This document shows positions 29,568 to 39,242 of a stretch of 64,000 nucleotides of DNA, piece after piece. The stretch is taken from positions 9,945 to 73,944 of the forward strand of contig JABXII010000023.1 of assembly GCA_013373175.1 (NCBI GenBank). The letters run 5' to 3'. The notes under the pieces were generated by a model. It searched no databases, had not been told where the DNA came from, and saw only the letters and a list, made by a program, of their open reading frames with translations. This DNA comes from Campylobacteraceae bacterium (lineage in GTDB: Bacteria > Campylobacterota > Campylobacteria > Campylobacterales > Arcobacteraceae). Each line of letters begins with the position of its first letter. The stretch's first letter is position 1. Both the position numbers and the translations under genes were made by a program.

Positions 29568-30359
29568 CTAACTCATATTTATTTTGTTATAAAAATACTC
29601 ATAGTCTTTTGATAACTCACCAACTACTAACATTTTTATATTTTTATTTTCAATTTTACAATTATGACAAACAGCTATATAGCCTTGTGGAATAATATTA
29701 TCAAAATAAATTCCTTCTTCTAAAGAATCAAGAATTCTTCCTTTTAAAAATCCGTTAATACTTTTTTCATCATAATTATATTTCAATGATAAAGAGAAAA
29801 ACTCTTTAGTATTATAAATATGAAAATTTTTGTTTTGTAAATGCTGACTTACTTTTTCATAGATTTCATATGCCCCAACTTGTCTTGAGATATTTACAAT
29901 ATGAACTAATTCTAAACCTTGCATATCATTTAAAAATCTATAAAGTGCATCAGAATATTTAACTGTAATTGCAAAAGAACTAAACTCTAAAATCATATAC
30001 CTATTCTCAACATTTAGAATGTCATTTAAAGTATCTGACTTTTGCTCTTGAACAAAAACTGTAATTCCCAGCTCTTTTGAAAAATACTCAATTGCTTTTT
30101 CATCTACAAAATCAAGTTTAAAATCTAATTTATTAGTCCAATATTGTTTTAAAGCTTCAGTAGTTGGAGTTCTTCCTGAACTCACATGTTCTTGAGCTAA
30201 AAAACCTTCTTCTCCTAACTTCTTAAAATAACCTCTAATAGTTGCAGGAGAGTAAGCAATATCATACATTGATTTTAACTGTGTAGAACCAATTGGTTCT
30301 AAGTGTTCAATGTATGCTTTGATTATTGAATGTAATAAATACTCTTTTTTATCAATCAT
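29568..30359 (-). CDS. hrcA: Heat-inducible transcription repressor HrcA
   Basis: LHSIIKAYI...PIGS...SPATIR...HVSSGRTPT. First gene of hrcA-grpE-dnaK. Confidence 0.93.
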   Translation of the reverse strand: MIDKKEYLLHSIIKAYIEHLEPIGSTQLKSMYDIAYSPATIRGYFKKLGEEGFLAQEHVSSGRTPTTEALKQYWTNKLDFKLDFVDEKAIEYFSKELGITVFVQEQKSDTLNDILNVENRYMILEFSSFAITVKYSDALYRFLNDMQGLELVHIVNISRQVGAYEIYEKVSQHLQNKNFHIYNTKEFFSLSLKYNYDEKSINGFLKGRILDSLEEGIYFDNIIPQGYIAVCHNCKIENKNIKMLVVGELSKDYEYFYNKINMS

Positions 30360-30372
30360 AATTTACTCACTT

Positions 30373-30399
30373 TTAGCACTTGAATTCTCAAACTGCTAA
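30373..30399. promoter_or_regulatory. CIRCE-like HrcA operator 1
   Basis: TTAGCACTT-N9-AACTGCTAA versus consensus TTAGCACTC-N9-GAGTGCTAA. Lies between the -10 box and the hrcA start. Confidence 0.8.
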
Positions 30400-30403
30400 A
30401 AAT

Positions 30404-30432
30404 ATTATACTATATGAGTGAGTAAATGTCAA
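30404..30432 (-). promoter_or_regulatory. Consensus sigma70 promoter of hrcA-grpE-dnaK, overlapped by a HAIR-like site
   Basis: Minus strand TTGACA(30432-30427)-17 nt-TATAAT(30409-30404). CTTGACA-N7-ACTCATA resembles the HspR HAIR site CTTGAGT-N7-ACTCAAG. Confidence 0.85.
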
Positions 30433-30439
30433 GTTCTTT

Positions 30440-30466
30440 TTAGCAAAAGATTTATAAAAGTGCTAA
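30440..30466. promoter_or_regulatory. CIRCE-like HrcA operator 2
   Basis: TTAGCAAAA-N9-AAGTGCTAA immediately upstream of the -35 box. Confidence 0.7.
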
Positions 30467-30552
30467 TTTTTCTACATAGCCCTTTTTTCTGCTTTAGTTT
30501 GGTATAAAGTTAAAGTAACTATAATAAAATAAAATATATTTAAAGAGTTTAA

Positions 30553-31503
30553 ATGAAAAAATTAATTGCTATTTTTGCCCTATTGTCAGTTAAAATATCA
30601 CTATTTGCAGCTGCTGAGTTTGTAACAATTGGTACAGGAAGTATAACAGGAACATATTATCCAACTGGTGGAGCTATTTGTAGGTTAGTAAATAAATACA
30701 AAAAGGAGACAAGAATTAGATGTTCTGTTGAATCAACTGGTGGCTCTGTTTATAATATAAATGCAATTAGTATGGGTGACTTAGATTTTGGAATTGCACA
30801 ATCAGATGCAGTTTATCATGCAATTGAAGGTAAAAAGACTTTTAAAAAGAACCCTATGAAAAAGCTAAGAACAGTAATGTCTATTTATCCAGAACTTCTT
30901 GCTTTAGTAGTAAAAAAAGACTCAAATATAAACTCTATCTATGATATAAAAAACAAAAGAATAAATATAGGAAACTTAGGAAGTGGAAATGAAACTACTG
31001 TTTCTTATTTATTAAACCATTTGAATATCAAAAAATCTGATTTGAGTTATGTTGGTAAATTAAAAGTTGGGGAAGCCCCTGATGCTTTAAGAGAAGATAG
31101 AATTGATGGCTATTTTTATATGGTAGGACATCCAACTGCAAATATAAAAGATGCTTCAAGCTCTTCAAATATAAAGTTAGTTCCAATTACTGGGAAACAA
31201 ATTGATAAATTTATAGAGAAAAATCCTTTTTATGTAAAAGGTGAAATTCCAGCAGCAATTTATAGTGGTGTTTCCACTGCAACTCCTACTTTTGGTTCAA
31301 AAGCAGTTTTAATAACAAGTTCTGATGTAAGTAACAAAGCAGTATATACTTTAGTAAAAGCGATATTAGAGAATTTTGACAAATTCAAAAAATTACATCC
31401 TGTATATAGATATATAACAAAAGAGTCTTTACTTGAAGGATTAAGTGCCCCATTACATGATGGAGCTATTAAATATTATAAAGAGAACAACTTTATTAAA
31501 TAA
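30553..31503 (+). CDS. TAXI-family TRAP solute-binding subunit
   Basis: FVTIGTGSITGTYYPTGGAIC, STGGSVYN, GIAQSD, PLHDGAIKYYKE. Confidence 0.93.
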   Translation: MKKLIAIFALLSVKISLFAAAEFVTIGTGSITGTYYPTGGAICRLVNKYKKETRIRCSVESTGGSVYNINAISMGDLDFGIAQSDAVYHAIEGKKTFKKNPMKKLRTVMSIYPELLALVVKKDSNINSIYDIKNKRINIGNLGSGNETTVSYLLNHLNIKKSDLSYVGKLKVGEAPDALREDRIDGYFYMVGHPTANIKDASSSSNIKLVPITGKQIDKFIEKNPFYVKGEIPAAIYSGVSTATPTFGSKAVLITSSDVSNKAVYTLVKAILENFDKFKKLHPVYRYITKESLLEGLSAPLHDGAIKYYKENNFIK

Positions 31504-31515
31504 AGTTGCTTCCTT

Positions 31516-32235
31516 TTATTTCTTTAGTTGTTTTTCGATTATGTATCCATAACCTTTATGAGAGATAATAAAGTCATCATCTTTAACTTTATCTTTTAAT
31601 CTTTTCATTACTGTTCTAAAAGCAGAATCATTTGTATTTATATCATTCCAAACATCTTGTTTAAATTTCTCTACAGGAACTACTTCCCCTAAATTGTCAA
31701 TTAAAACTTTTAAAATATCTAACTCTTTTTTAGATAGTTTTACTATTGATTCTTGATTATATAACTTATCTGTTTTTGTATCATAAGTATATCTTTTGTT
31801 TAAAGTAATTAATACTTCATGTGTATTTAGTGCAGCATTATCAGCTAAAACTTCTTCTTTTGCTTTTTTTAGCATTTCCATCATATTATCAATATTTAAA
31901 GGTTTAACGAAATACCCAAGTACTCTTAAGTTAATTAGTTTTAATAGGTCATCTTCATTTTTATGAGCACTTACTATAATAAATCTTTGATTTGGAACTA
32001 ACTCTCTAATGTCATCAATCATAGAGATTCCATCTTTATTTGGCATCTTTAAATCAGTTAAGACTAGGTCGAAAGTTTTGTTTTCATCAAAGTCTTTTTT
32101 GAATATATTGCTTGCTTCTTGTCCATCACAGGCAACAACTACTTCATCAAAAATAGTATTAAGATAAAAAGATAAGGTTTTTCTTGCTACATCTTCATCT
32201 TCAACTAATAACACTCTTGTTTTATAATTTTTCAT
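31516..32235 (-). CDS. Response regulator with C-terminal winged-helix domain
   Basis: LLVEDE, LTDLKMP, YFVKP, AFRTVMKRLKDK, HKGYGY. Confidence 0.92.
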   Translation of the reverse strand: MKNYKTRVLLVEDEDVARKTLSFYLNTIFDEVVVACDGQEASNIFKKDFDENKTFDLVLTDLKMPNKDGISMIDDIRELVPNQRFIIVSAHKNEDDLLKLINLRVLGYFVKPLNIDNMMEMLKKAKEEVLADNAALNTHEVLITLNKRYTYDTKTDKLYNQESIVKLSKKELDILKVLIDNLGEVVPVEKFKQDVWNDINTNDSAFRTVMKRLKDKVKDDDFIISHKGYGYIIEKQLKK

Positions 32236-32271
32236 TATTCTTCCCAGGCAATTAATTATTTTATTATATCT

Positions 32272-34851
32272 TTAAAGTGGTAAAATAATAGTAAAAACTA
32301 CACCACCATCAATATTTTTAACATTTATGTTACCATTCATATTCTTTTCAATAATTGTCTTAGCCATATATAGACCTATCCCTGTTCCTTGGTCTTCAAA
32401 CTTAGTAGTAAAATATGGTTCAAACATCCTTTCCATAATCTCAGCTTCTACTTCACCACAATTGTTTTGTAGTAGAATTTTTACATTATTTTTTTCTTTT
32501 AATATCTCAATTTTTGTTTTTGCTTGAAAGTTTTCTTTACTATTTTTTATCTCAGCAGCATCATTTGCATTGTTTAAAATATTTAAAATAACTTGTTGGA
32601 ACTCATTTTTATAACTTACAATTTCTATACTCTCTCCAAGGACTTCAACATCCATATGTGTTTTTTCTAACTGTGTTTCAACTATTTTTACACAAGAGTT
32701 TATAGAATCTTTTATGTTAAAGCTAGCCTTATCTTTTGTAGGTTGATAGAAATTTCTAAAATCATCAATTGTTTGCGACATATAATCAATTTGAAGTTTT
32801 GTATCTGAAGTTATATCTTCTATATCTTCTTTTTTTAGATTTTCAAAATTATCTCTTATAAAGTGAGTTAGAAGATTTATATTATTAAGCGGTTGTCTCC
32901 ATTGATGGGCAATATTTCCAAGCATTTCACCCATTGCTGCAAGTTTACTTTGATGAACTAAGAGTCTATCTTTTTCTATATTTTTAGCTAACTCTTCTTC
33001 TACTTTTGATTTCAACTCTTCTTCTGTTAATTTCATTTTTGTAATATCAGTTATATATCCATAAAGATGAGTTACATTTCCAAAGTCATCTTTTAAGAAA
33101 ATTGTTCTATTAAATACCCATCTTATTGTTCCATCTTTTTCAATAACTCTAAACACTTTAGTAAAAGATTTTGCATCTTTTTTTATAGACTCTTTTAACT
33201 CTTTTTGTAACTCTTTTGCATCATCTTTATGAACAAAATTTAAAAAACTATCTTTTTTATTTTCAAAGTTATTTGTTGCATAACCAAAAGAACTAATTGA
33301 TTTAGATACATACTCAGGGGTTAAGAAATCATCATTTTTCCATTTAAAAATAACTATTCTTCCATATTCAACTAGTAAATCAACATATTGAAGTTCCTTA
33401 GAAAGCCTTTTTCTTCTTTCAATATCCATTGACATCATTAACATACGTTTTGGCTTTTTATCTTTATCTCTAAAAGCTTTACCTCTAACTAAAACCCATT
33501 TATATTCATTCCATTTGTTTTTAATTCTATATTCACTAATAAAGTGTTCTGTTTTTCCTTCAAGATGAGTTTTCAATCTATTTTCTACAATTGGTCTATC
33601 TTGTTGATGAATTATATTTAACCATTCATGTAAACTTTTTATTTCACCTTTTTTATAACCAAACATCTCAAGCCATTTTTTAGAAAAGAAGATATTACCA
33701 TTTTCTAAATCAATATCCCAAAGACCATCATTTGATGCAATAATAGCAAGCTCATATCTATCTTTCCATTTCTTGTACATTTTATTTCTAGTCTCTAATC
33801 TTTTATTGTATCTATGGAAAATAGAGTTTATAAACTTAGTAAACACGGTAGAAGCTAAAATTAAAAATAACGCTATCAATACAACAATGGCAATAGATAC
33901 AGATAGTTTTGAATTATATTTATAGTTTAAATCAGCTAATTTACTAGGAAGTGTATAACTTTTTATAGAGACTAAAAAATTGTATTTTGTGAAATTATAT
34001 GTTTTATGACTCTTGTTTACTTCATTTTCAGTTATATATTTTCGTAAGACTTCACTTGAACTGTCAAATCTGTCTTGTTCTAAAATATATTTTGCATTTA
34101 ATTTTTGTCCCTTATTATAATAGTTATAAACATAACCTTGGTTATAATCATAGAACCAAAAATAACTGTCTGAATAGTATTTACTTTTTTGTACAATTGA
34201 GTTAAGAATAACCTTTCTAATAGAGTCTTCCATATCATCAATTTTTGAAAAAGCTCCAAGGTACCAATTTTTATTTTTTATATCTTTAAAATAACTAAGT
34301 CTAATTTTATGATTAGTTTTATCAATCCAATAGATTAAATTATCATCTCCAATATATAAAATGTTTTCTAACATATGTTTTCTAAATCTTGTTATTTCGA
34401 TTTTTGAATCAGTGATAACTCTTAAGTAATTTATCACTTCTTTTCCGTAGATAATATTTAGTTTTTCTTTGTCAAAAATCACAAACTCAAAATTACTGTT
34501 TCTTTCAAGGTCTTCAATAAAACTTTTAATATCTTTTAATTTAGCTTCACTTTTTGAATATTTTAAAAAACCACTCAAAGAAGTAACTGCATCAACCAAG
34601 GCAACCTCTTCTCCATCAAAAGATGAGTTTGCTTTAAACTTTATGTCATTTATATATTGATTTAAAATATTTCGTTTTTCAAATTGTTCTTTTTGGGTTA
34701 AAAGTTTTTCCTCATTTTTTTGCTTAACTTCTAAAACGGAAACAATAACAATCATAGAGATAATGGCAGAAACAAATACAAAAATTAAAGGCGTATATAT
34801 AAGATGTTTTTTTATATCACTAAGAGTATAAAACTTTCTTTTTTTAAACAT
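32272..34851 (-). CDS. Sensor histidine kinase with Cache-like periplasmic region and two PAS domains
   Basis: Two TM, DGLWDID PAS, VHKDD PAS, H-box NIAHQWRQP, GTGIGLY. Confidence 0.92.
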   Translation of the reverse strand: MFKKRKFYTLSDIKKHLIYTPLIFVFVSAIISMIVIVSVLEVKQKNEEKLLTQKEQFEKRNILNQYINDIKFKANSSFDGEEVALVDAVTSLSGFLKYSKSEAKLKDIKSFIEDLERNSNFEFVIFDKEKLNIIYGKEVINYLRVITDSKIEITRFRKHMLENILYIGDDNLIYWIDKTNHKIRLSYFKDIKNKNWYLGAFSKIDDMEDSIRKVILNSIVQKSKYYSDSYFWFYDYNQGYVYNYYNKGQKLNAKYILEQDRFDSSSEVLRKYITENEVNKSHKTYNFTKYNFLVSIKSYTLPSKLADLNYKYNSKLSVSIAIVVLIALFLILASTVFTKFINSIFHRYNKRLETRNKMYKKWKDRYELAIIASNDGLWDIDLENGNIFFSKKWLEMFGYKKGEIKSLHEWLNIIHQQDRPIVENRLKTHLEGKTEHFISEYRIKNKWNEYKWVLVRGKAFRDKDKKPKRMLMMSMDIERRKRLSKELQYVDLLVEYGRIVIFKWKNDDFLTPEYVSKSISSFGYATNNFENKKDSFLNFVHKDDAKELQKELKESIKKDAKSFTKVFRVIEKDGTIRWVFNRTIFLKDDFGNVTHLYGYITDITKMKLTEEELKSKVEEELAKNIEKDRLLVHQSKLAAMGEMLGNIAHQWRQPLNNINLLTHFIRDNFENLKKEDIEDITSDTKLQIDYMSQTIDDFRNFYQPTKDKASFNIKDSINSCVKIVETQLEKTHMDVEVLGESIEIVSYKNEFQQVILNILNNANDAAEIKNSKENFQAKTKIEILKEKNNVKILLQNNCGEVEAEIMERMFEPYFTTKFEDQGTGIGLYMAKTIIEKNMNGNINVKNIDGGVVFTIILPL

Positions 34852-35573
34852 TAATAATAAACCTTAGCTAAATAAAGCCCATAAGGACTTGCTGGTGTTT
34901 TAAATTTATGTTCTTTTTTATTAAGTTGTTTTTTTAAATCCTCACAACTCAATTTCCCATCAGAGATTTTAAGAAGTATTCCAACCATAAGTCTCATTTG
35001 AGAGCGTAAATAAGAGTTTGCACAAAAATTAAAAACATAGATATCTTTATGTTTATAAAACTTTGTAGAAAAGACTTCTCTTACAGTATTATCTTTATCA
35101 CTTCCTTTTTTATGGAAGTATTCAAAATCATGAACACCTTCAAAAAGTTTTATAGCTTCTTTTATTTTTTCTTCATCAATGTTTTCATGATAAGAGATAT
35201 AATCAGCATTGAAAACTGTAGGTTTCTTTGTAGTTACTAAATATCTATAAACTCTTTTTGTAGCATGGAATCTTGAATGAAAATCTTTATTTACTTCTTG
35301 AATAGACTTTACTGAGATAGATGAAGGAAGATGTTTATTAAATACTTTTTTTAACTTTTTTAAATCAGACCAAAAAAGGGGTAAAATACAATTAAAAACT
35401 TGTCCTGTAGCATGAACATCTTTATCTGTTCTTCCACTAAGAATAATTTTTGTATCAATATTAATTTCTCTAAAAGCTTTTAAAAGTGCATCTTCAACAC
35501 TTAGTCCATTTGGTTGGGTTTGACTTCCTTGAAATTTTGTTCCATCATAGGATATTACAAATTTTGCATTCAT
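34851..35573 (-). CDS. truA: tRNA pseudouridine(38-40) synthase
   Basis: YDGTKFQGSQ, SGRTDKDVHA, FHSRF, YGLYL. Confidence 0.96.
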   Translation of the reverse strand: MNAKFVISYDGTKFQGSQTQPNGLSVEDALLKAFREINIDTKIILSGRTDKDVHATGQVFNCILPLFWSDLKKLKKVFNKHLPSSISVKSIQEVNKDFHSRFHATKRVYRYLVTTKKPTVFNADYISYHENIDEEKIKEAIKLFEGVHDFEYFHKKGSDKDNTVREVFSTKFYKHKDIYVFNFCANSYLRSQMRLMVGILLKISDGKLSCEDLKKQLNKKEHKFKTPASPYGLYLAKVYY

Positions 35574-35574
35574 C

Positions 35575-36591
35575 TTAATATTGTTGTTTGATTGTTTTTA
35601 CATATATAAAATATGTACTAATAATCCAAATTGTAGGCAAGATAAATAAGGAATTTAACAAGAACTTATCTGTTAAAACTTCTAAAAGAATATAAAAGGC
35701 TACAACTGAAACCATAGCATAAGAGACAGCCTTATTTTTGTCATATCTAGGATTATAATATCCAAAAGCAACAACTAAAAATAAAGACATTAAAGGGAAA
35801 AAAGAAGTTAAAATATAAAAAGAAAATTTATCTCGCTTTCCATTTGCACTAAGTTCTTTTATCCAAAAATCATAACTATCTAAAAAGAAACCTTGATTAT
35901 TTTTAGAAACAGAATCGTTTATATCAAGTCTTTTATAATCAATTTGATTTAACTCTTCATTATCAATTAAAAAAGATTTTCCCTCAAAAAGTTTAAAACT
36001 AAGTTTCCCTTGATCATTTACAAGTTTCGCATTCTCTGAAATAATAAATTGGTCTTTGTTATTTTCAGTTTTAAATAGTTTTACTTCTTCGTAAGTTTTA
36101 TCACTTTTTGAATCAATATATATTAACCATTTACCAAACTTTTGCCCAAATTCAGAGGCTTTGATATTAAAATTTGCTTCTTTTTGTTTTTGCTCTAAAA
36201 ATCTTTCATTTAAAAACTTTGCTTTTGGAATAAGTCCAACAGAAATAAACAATAAAGACAGAGTTAAAGCTACAGTTACAGGAAGGAATATTTTTAAAAT
36301 TCTTAAAGGGTTTAAACCAAAAGAAGTAATAACAATAAGTTCATATTCACTTGATAATTTACCTAAAGTAATAACTAAAGAAACAAAAAATGAAATAGGC
36401 AAAGTATAAAAGACAATTGTTGGAATAACATATAAATAAAGTCTTAAAAGTTCTAAAACATTCATTGTAATAACAGATGTTAATGCTGCAATTTTTACTA
36501 AAAAAATGATTGATGTTATAAAATACAGTCCTAAAAATATAGGAAAAAAAGTATGTGCAAATTGATTAAGTAAATAGTGTTTTAATTTCAA
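35575..36591 (-). CDS. lptF: LptF/LptG family LPS export permease
   Basis: Three TM + periplasmic domain + three TM. KLSSEYELIVITSFG. Confidence 0.85.
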   Translation of the reverse strand: MKLKHYLLNQFAHTFFPIFLGLYFITSIIFLVKIAALTSVITMNVLELLRLYLYVIPTIVFYTLPISFFVSLVITLGKLSSEYELIVITSFGLNPLRILKIFLPVTVALTLSLLFISVGLIPKAKFLNERFLEQKQKEANFNIKASEFGQKFGKWLIYIDSKSDKTYEEVKLFKTENNKDQFIISENAKLVNDQGKLSFKLFEGKSFLIDNEELNQIDYKRLDINDSVSKNNQGFFLDSYDFWIKELSANGKRDKFSFYILTSFFPLMSLFLVVAFGYYNPRYDKNKAVSYAMVSVVAFYILLEVLTDKFLLNSLFILPTIWIISTYFIYVKTIKQQY

Positions 36592-37346
36592 AAAATAACC
36601 TTTGTAATCTCAAAAAAGTATTCAAATAAAAAGCCTAATGATAAAAATGGTATGAATGGAATTTCTATCTCTTTATTTTTATACTTATAATATAAACTTG
36701 CTATTATAGCAAAAATTGAAGCAAAAAATATAGCAACAAAAGAACCAAGGGTTCCAAGTACTATTGCAAAACTTGCTATTACAGGAATATCACCTTCTCC
36801 TAAAGCCTCTTGTGTTTTTAATGACTCATCTTTAAAAATTCTTGCTTTTATATTTTGAATATAAAAGGTCACTAAAAAGTTTAATAAAACAAAAGCCCCA
36901 GCTAAAATGCAAGCTGCTTTTAAAGCCTCTATAAAATTCTGTTTTGATATGAAAAAAGCAAAAACAAAAATAAGAAGCAACAAATAATCTGGAACTGCTT
37001 TATACTTTAAATCAATAAAAGATAAGACTATTAATGTATAAAAAAAGATAGAAGATAATAGTAACTCCAAAGAAAAACCAAACTTTGTAAAAAGTGCAAA
37101 AGTTATAAGTGCAGATAAAATCTCTACTATAAAATATTGAAAAGATATTTTTTCATTACAACAAGAACTTTTACCTTTTAAAAGTAAAAAAGAGATTATT
37201 GGAATATTGTTATACCAAGGAATGCTTTCATTGCAATTTGGACATTTACTTCTTGGAAGTATCGACTTATTTTTAGGTAATCTTAAAATAAGTACATTTA
37301 AAAAAGAGCCAAAAATAGCCCCAATAATAAAACTAAATAGCCCCAA
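36588..37346 (-). CDS. Prepilin peptidase (A24 family)
   Basis: GSFLNV..RLP, SKCPNC, NIPIISF, FIDL, LGEGD, IPFIPFL. Confidence 0.92.
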   Translation of the reverse strand: MGLFSFIIGAIFGSFLNVLILRLPKNKSILPRSKCPNCNESIPWYNNIPIISFLLLKGKSSCCNEKISFQYFIVEILSALITFALFTKFGFSLELLLSSIFFYTLIVLSFIDLKYKAVPDYLLLLIFVFAFFISKQNFIEALKAACILAGAFVLLNFLVTFYIQNIKARIFKDESLKTQEALGEGDIPVIASFAIVLGTLGSFVAIFFASIFAIIASLYYKYKNKEIEIPFIPFLSLGFLFEYFFEITKVIF

Positions 37347-38025
37347 ATCTTCGTTCTCTGTTTACAAAATCACTTATCATATCATCTAACTCTGAAGTTC
37401 TAAATTCAGGCCAATAAGTATTTGTAAAAAATAGTTCAGCATAGGCATTTTGCCATAGAAGATAGTTTGATAATCTTATTTCTCCACTTGTTCGAATTAA
37501 CATATCAACATCAGGGATATCTGCTGTATCAAGGCAAGACTCAAAATTCTCTTTTGTAACTTCTAGTTGCTTTTCATTTAACTTCTTTATAGCTCTTAGA
37601 ATTTCATCTTGAGAACCATAATTTAAAGCTAATACTTGCGTAAGATTTTTACCATTAGCTGTTTTTTCTTCTGTTTTTTTGATTATTTCTTGTAAAGATT
37701 TAGAGAATTTTGATAAATCTCCAATTGCTTTAAATCGAATAGAGTTTTCTAAATAAACTTCAAGTTCACTTTTTAAATACTTCTCCAAAAGTTTCATCAA
37801 GAATTCAACTTCTAATTTTGGTCTAGCCCAATTTTCAGTGGAAAAAGCATAAAGAGTTAAATATTTAACCCCAATTTTTGAACAGTGTTTAGTTATTCTT
37901 CTAACTGTTTTTGCACCTTCTTCATGTCCAGCTGTTCTTTTTAAGCCTTTCTCTTTTGCCCATCTTCCATTTCCATCCATTATCATAGCAATATGAATAG
38001 GGTCTTGTTTTTTAGTTTCACTCAT
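37333..38025 (-). CDS. uppS: Undecaprenyl diphosphate synthase
   Basis: HIAMIMDGNGRWA, LYAFSTENWARP, LIRTSGEIRLSNYLLWQ, RERRFG. Confidence 0.97.
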   Translation of the reverse strand: MSETKKQDPIHIAMIMDGNGRWAKEKGLKRTAGHEEGAKTVRRITKHCSKIGVKYLTLYAFSTENWARPKLEVEFLMKLLEKYLKSELEVYLENSIRFKAIGDLSKFSKSLQEIIKKTEEKTANGKNLTQVLALNYGSQDEILRAIKKLNEKQLEVTKENFESCLDTADIPDVDMLIRTSGEIRLSNYLLWQNAYAELFFTNTYWPEFRTSELDDMISDFVNRERRFGAI

Positions 38026-39238
38026 GGGCAAACTTTTGGGCTAGTTTTTCTATTATTTCAAAAGAGATTTCATCTTTTTGTCCTTCAAAAGAGAAACTAT
38101 CTTCTTTGAAAATCAATTCAATTGCATTATCACTTGTTCCAAATGAATTTTTATCTTTTAAAATATTTAAACAAACTGCATCAAGCTTTTTCTTTTCAAG
38201 CATTTTTATAGCATTGTTATTTGCTACAACCTCATCCATTTCTGCTTTAAAACCAATTGAGATTAAACCTTCTTTATCTAAAGAGTTTAAAATATCAATA
38301 TTTTGTTTAAGCTTTAAATCCCAAGTTTGACCTTTAATCTCTTTTTTTATTTTCCCTGAAAAGTCATCTTGTGGAACATAATCACTAACAGCTGCAACCA
38401 TAAAAAGATAAGGTTTTTTCTCTTCTTTTTTTGCTTTTTTTGTTAAGATATTTAAATCTTCATACATAGCAAAAGTGCTTTGTACACTTACTGTATTAAT
38501 TTCATCAATAAGGTTTTCATGACCTCTTGTACTAACTAAAGAAACATTAGCACCTTTTATATATAAAGCAAGAGCTAAAGAAGAAGCCATTTTTCCTGAA
38601 GAATAGTTTGAGATATATCTTACATCATCAATTTTTTCAACTGTTCCACCACCACTTAAAATAGCACTTCTTTTTTCCCAATACTTTTCTTTTAATAGCT
38701 CTCTTGCTGTTTTATAAAATATAGTTTCTGGTTCTGCTAAAGCTCCATTGCCTACATCTTTACAAGCTAACTCTTTTATTTGAGAATTGATTAGTTCAAA
38801 GTGAAGTTTTTTTAACTTTTTTATGCTTTTTACTGTAATTTGGTTTTCAATCATATTTGTATTAGCTGCTGGTGCTATTATTTTTTTACCTTTAAAAGCT
38901 AAAACTGTTTGAGTTAATAAATTATCAGCAATTCCATTTGCTAATTTATTTATTGTATTTGCACTACATGGAGCAACTACTAAAATATCTGCCCATTTTC
39001 CAATATCAATATGATTATAGTCTTGATTTTTTTCCCATGATTCAGAAGCTTCATCTAAAACTTTATTTTGAGAAATTGCTTCAAAAGACAGTTTTGTTAC
39101 AAACCTTTGTGAAGCCTCTGTCATAAGAACTTTTACATTTGCACCACTTTTTACATAAAGTCTTGTTAACTCTAATGCTTTATAAACTGCGATTGAGCCA
39201 GTAACGCAAAGTAAAATATTTTTGTTTTTTAAAAGCAT
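38018..39238 (-). CDS. coaBC: Bifunctional phosphopantothenoylcysteine decarboxylase/ligase
   Basis: VTGSIAVYK, HIDIGKW, APCSANT, PAANTNM, DDVRYISNYSSGKM, AAVSD. ATG at 39238 preferred. Confidence 0.96.
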   Translation of the reverse strand: MLLKNKNILLCVTGSIAVYKALELTRLYVKSGANVKVLMTEASQRFVTKLSFEAISQNKVLDEASESWEKNQDYNHIDIGKWADILVVAPCSANTINKLANGIADNLLTQTVLAFKGKKIIAPAANTNMIENQITVKSIKKLKKLHFELINSQIKELACKDVGNGALAEPETIFYKTARELLKEKYWEKRSAILSGGGTVEKIDDVRYISNYSSGKMASSLALALYIKGANVSLVSTRGHENLIDEINTVSVQSTFAMYEDLNILTKKAKKEEKKPYLFMVAAVSDYVPQDDFSGKIKKEIKGQTWDLKLKQNIDILNSLDKEGLISIGFKAEMDEVVANNNAIKMLEKKKLDAVCLNILKDKNSFGTSDNAIELIFKEDSFSFEGQKDEISFEIIEKLAQKFAHE

Positions 39239-39242
39239 GACT

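Noticed and set aside
36588-37346. Prepilin peptidase as marker of a type IV pilus/T2SS island
   Set aside because: No pilin or secretin genes are adjacent. It sits in the ordinary uppS-lptF-truA housekeeping run.
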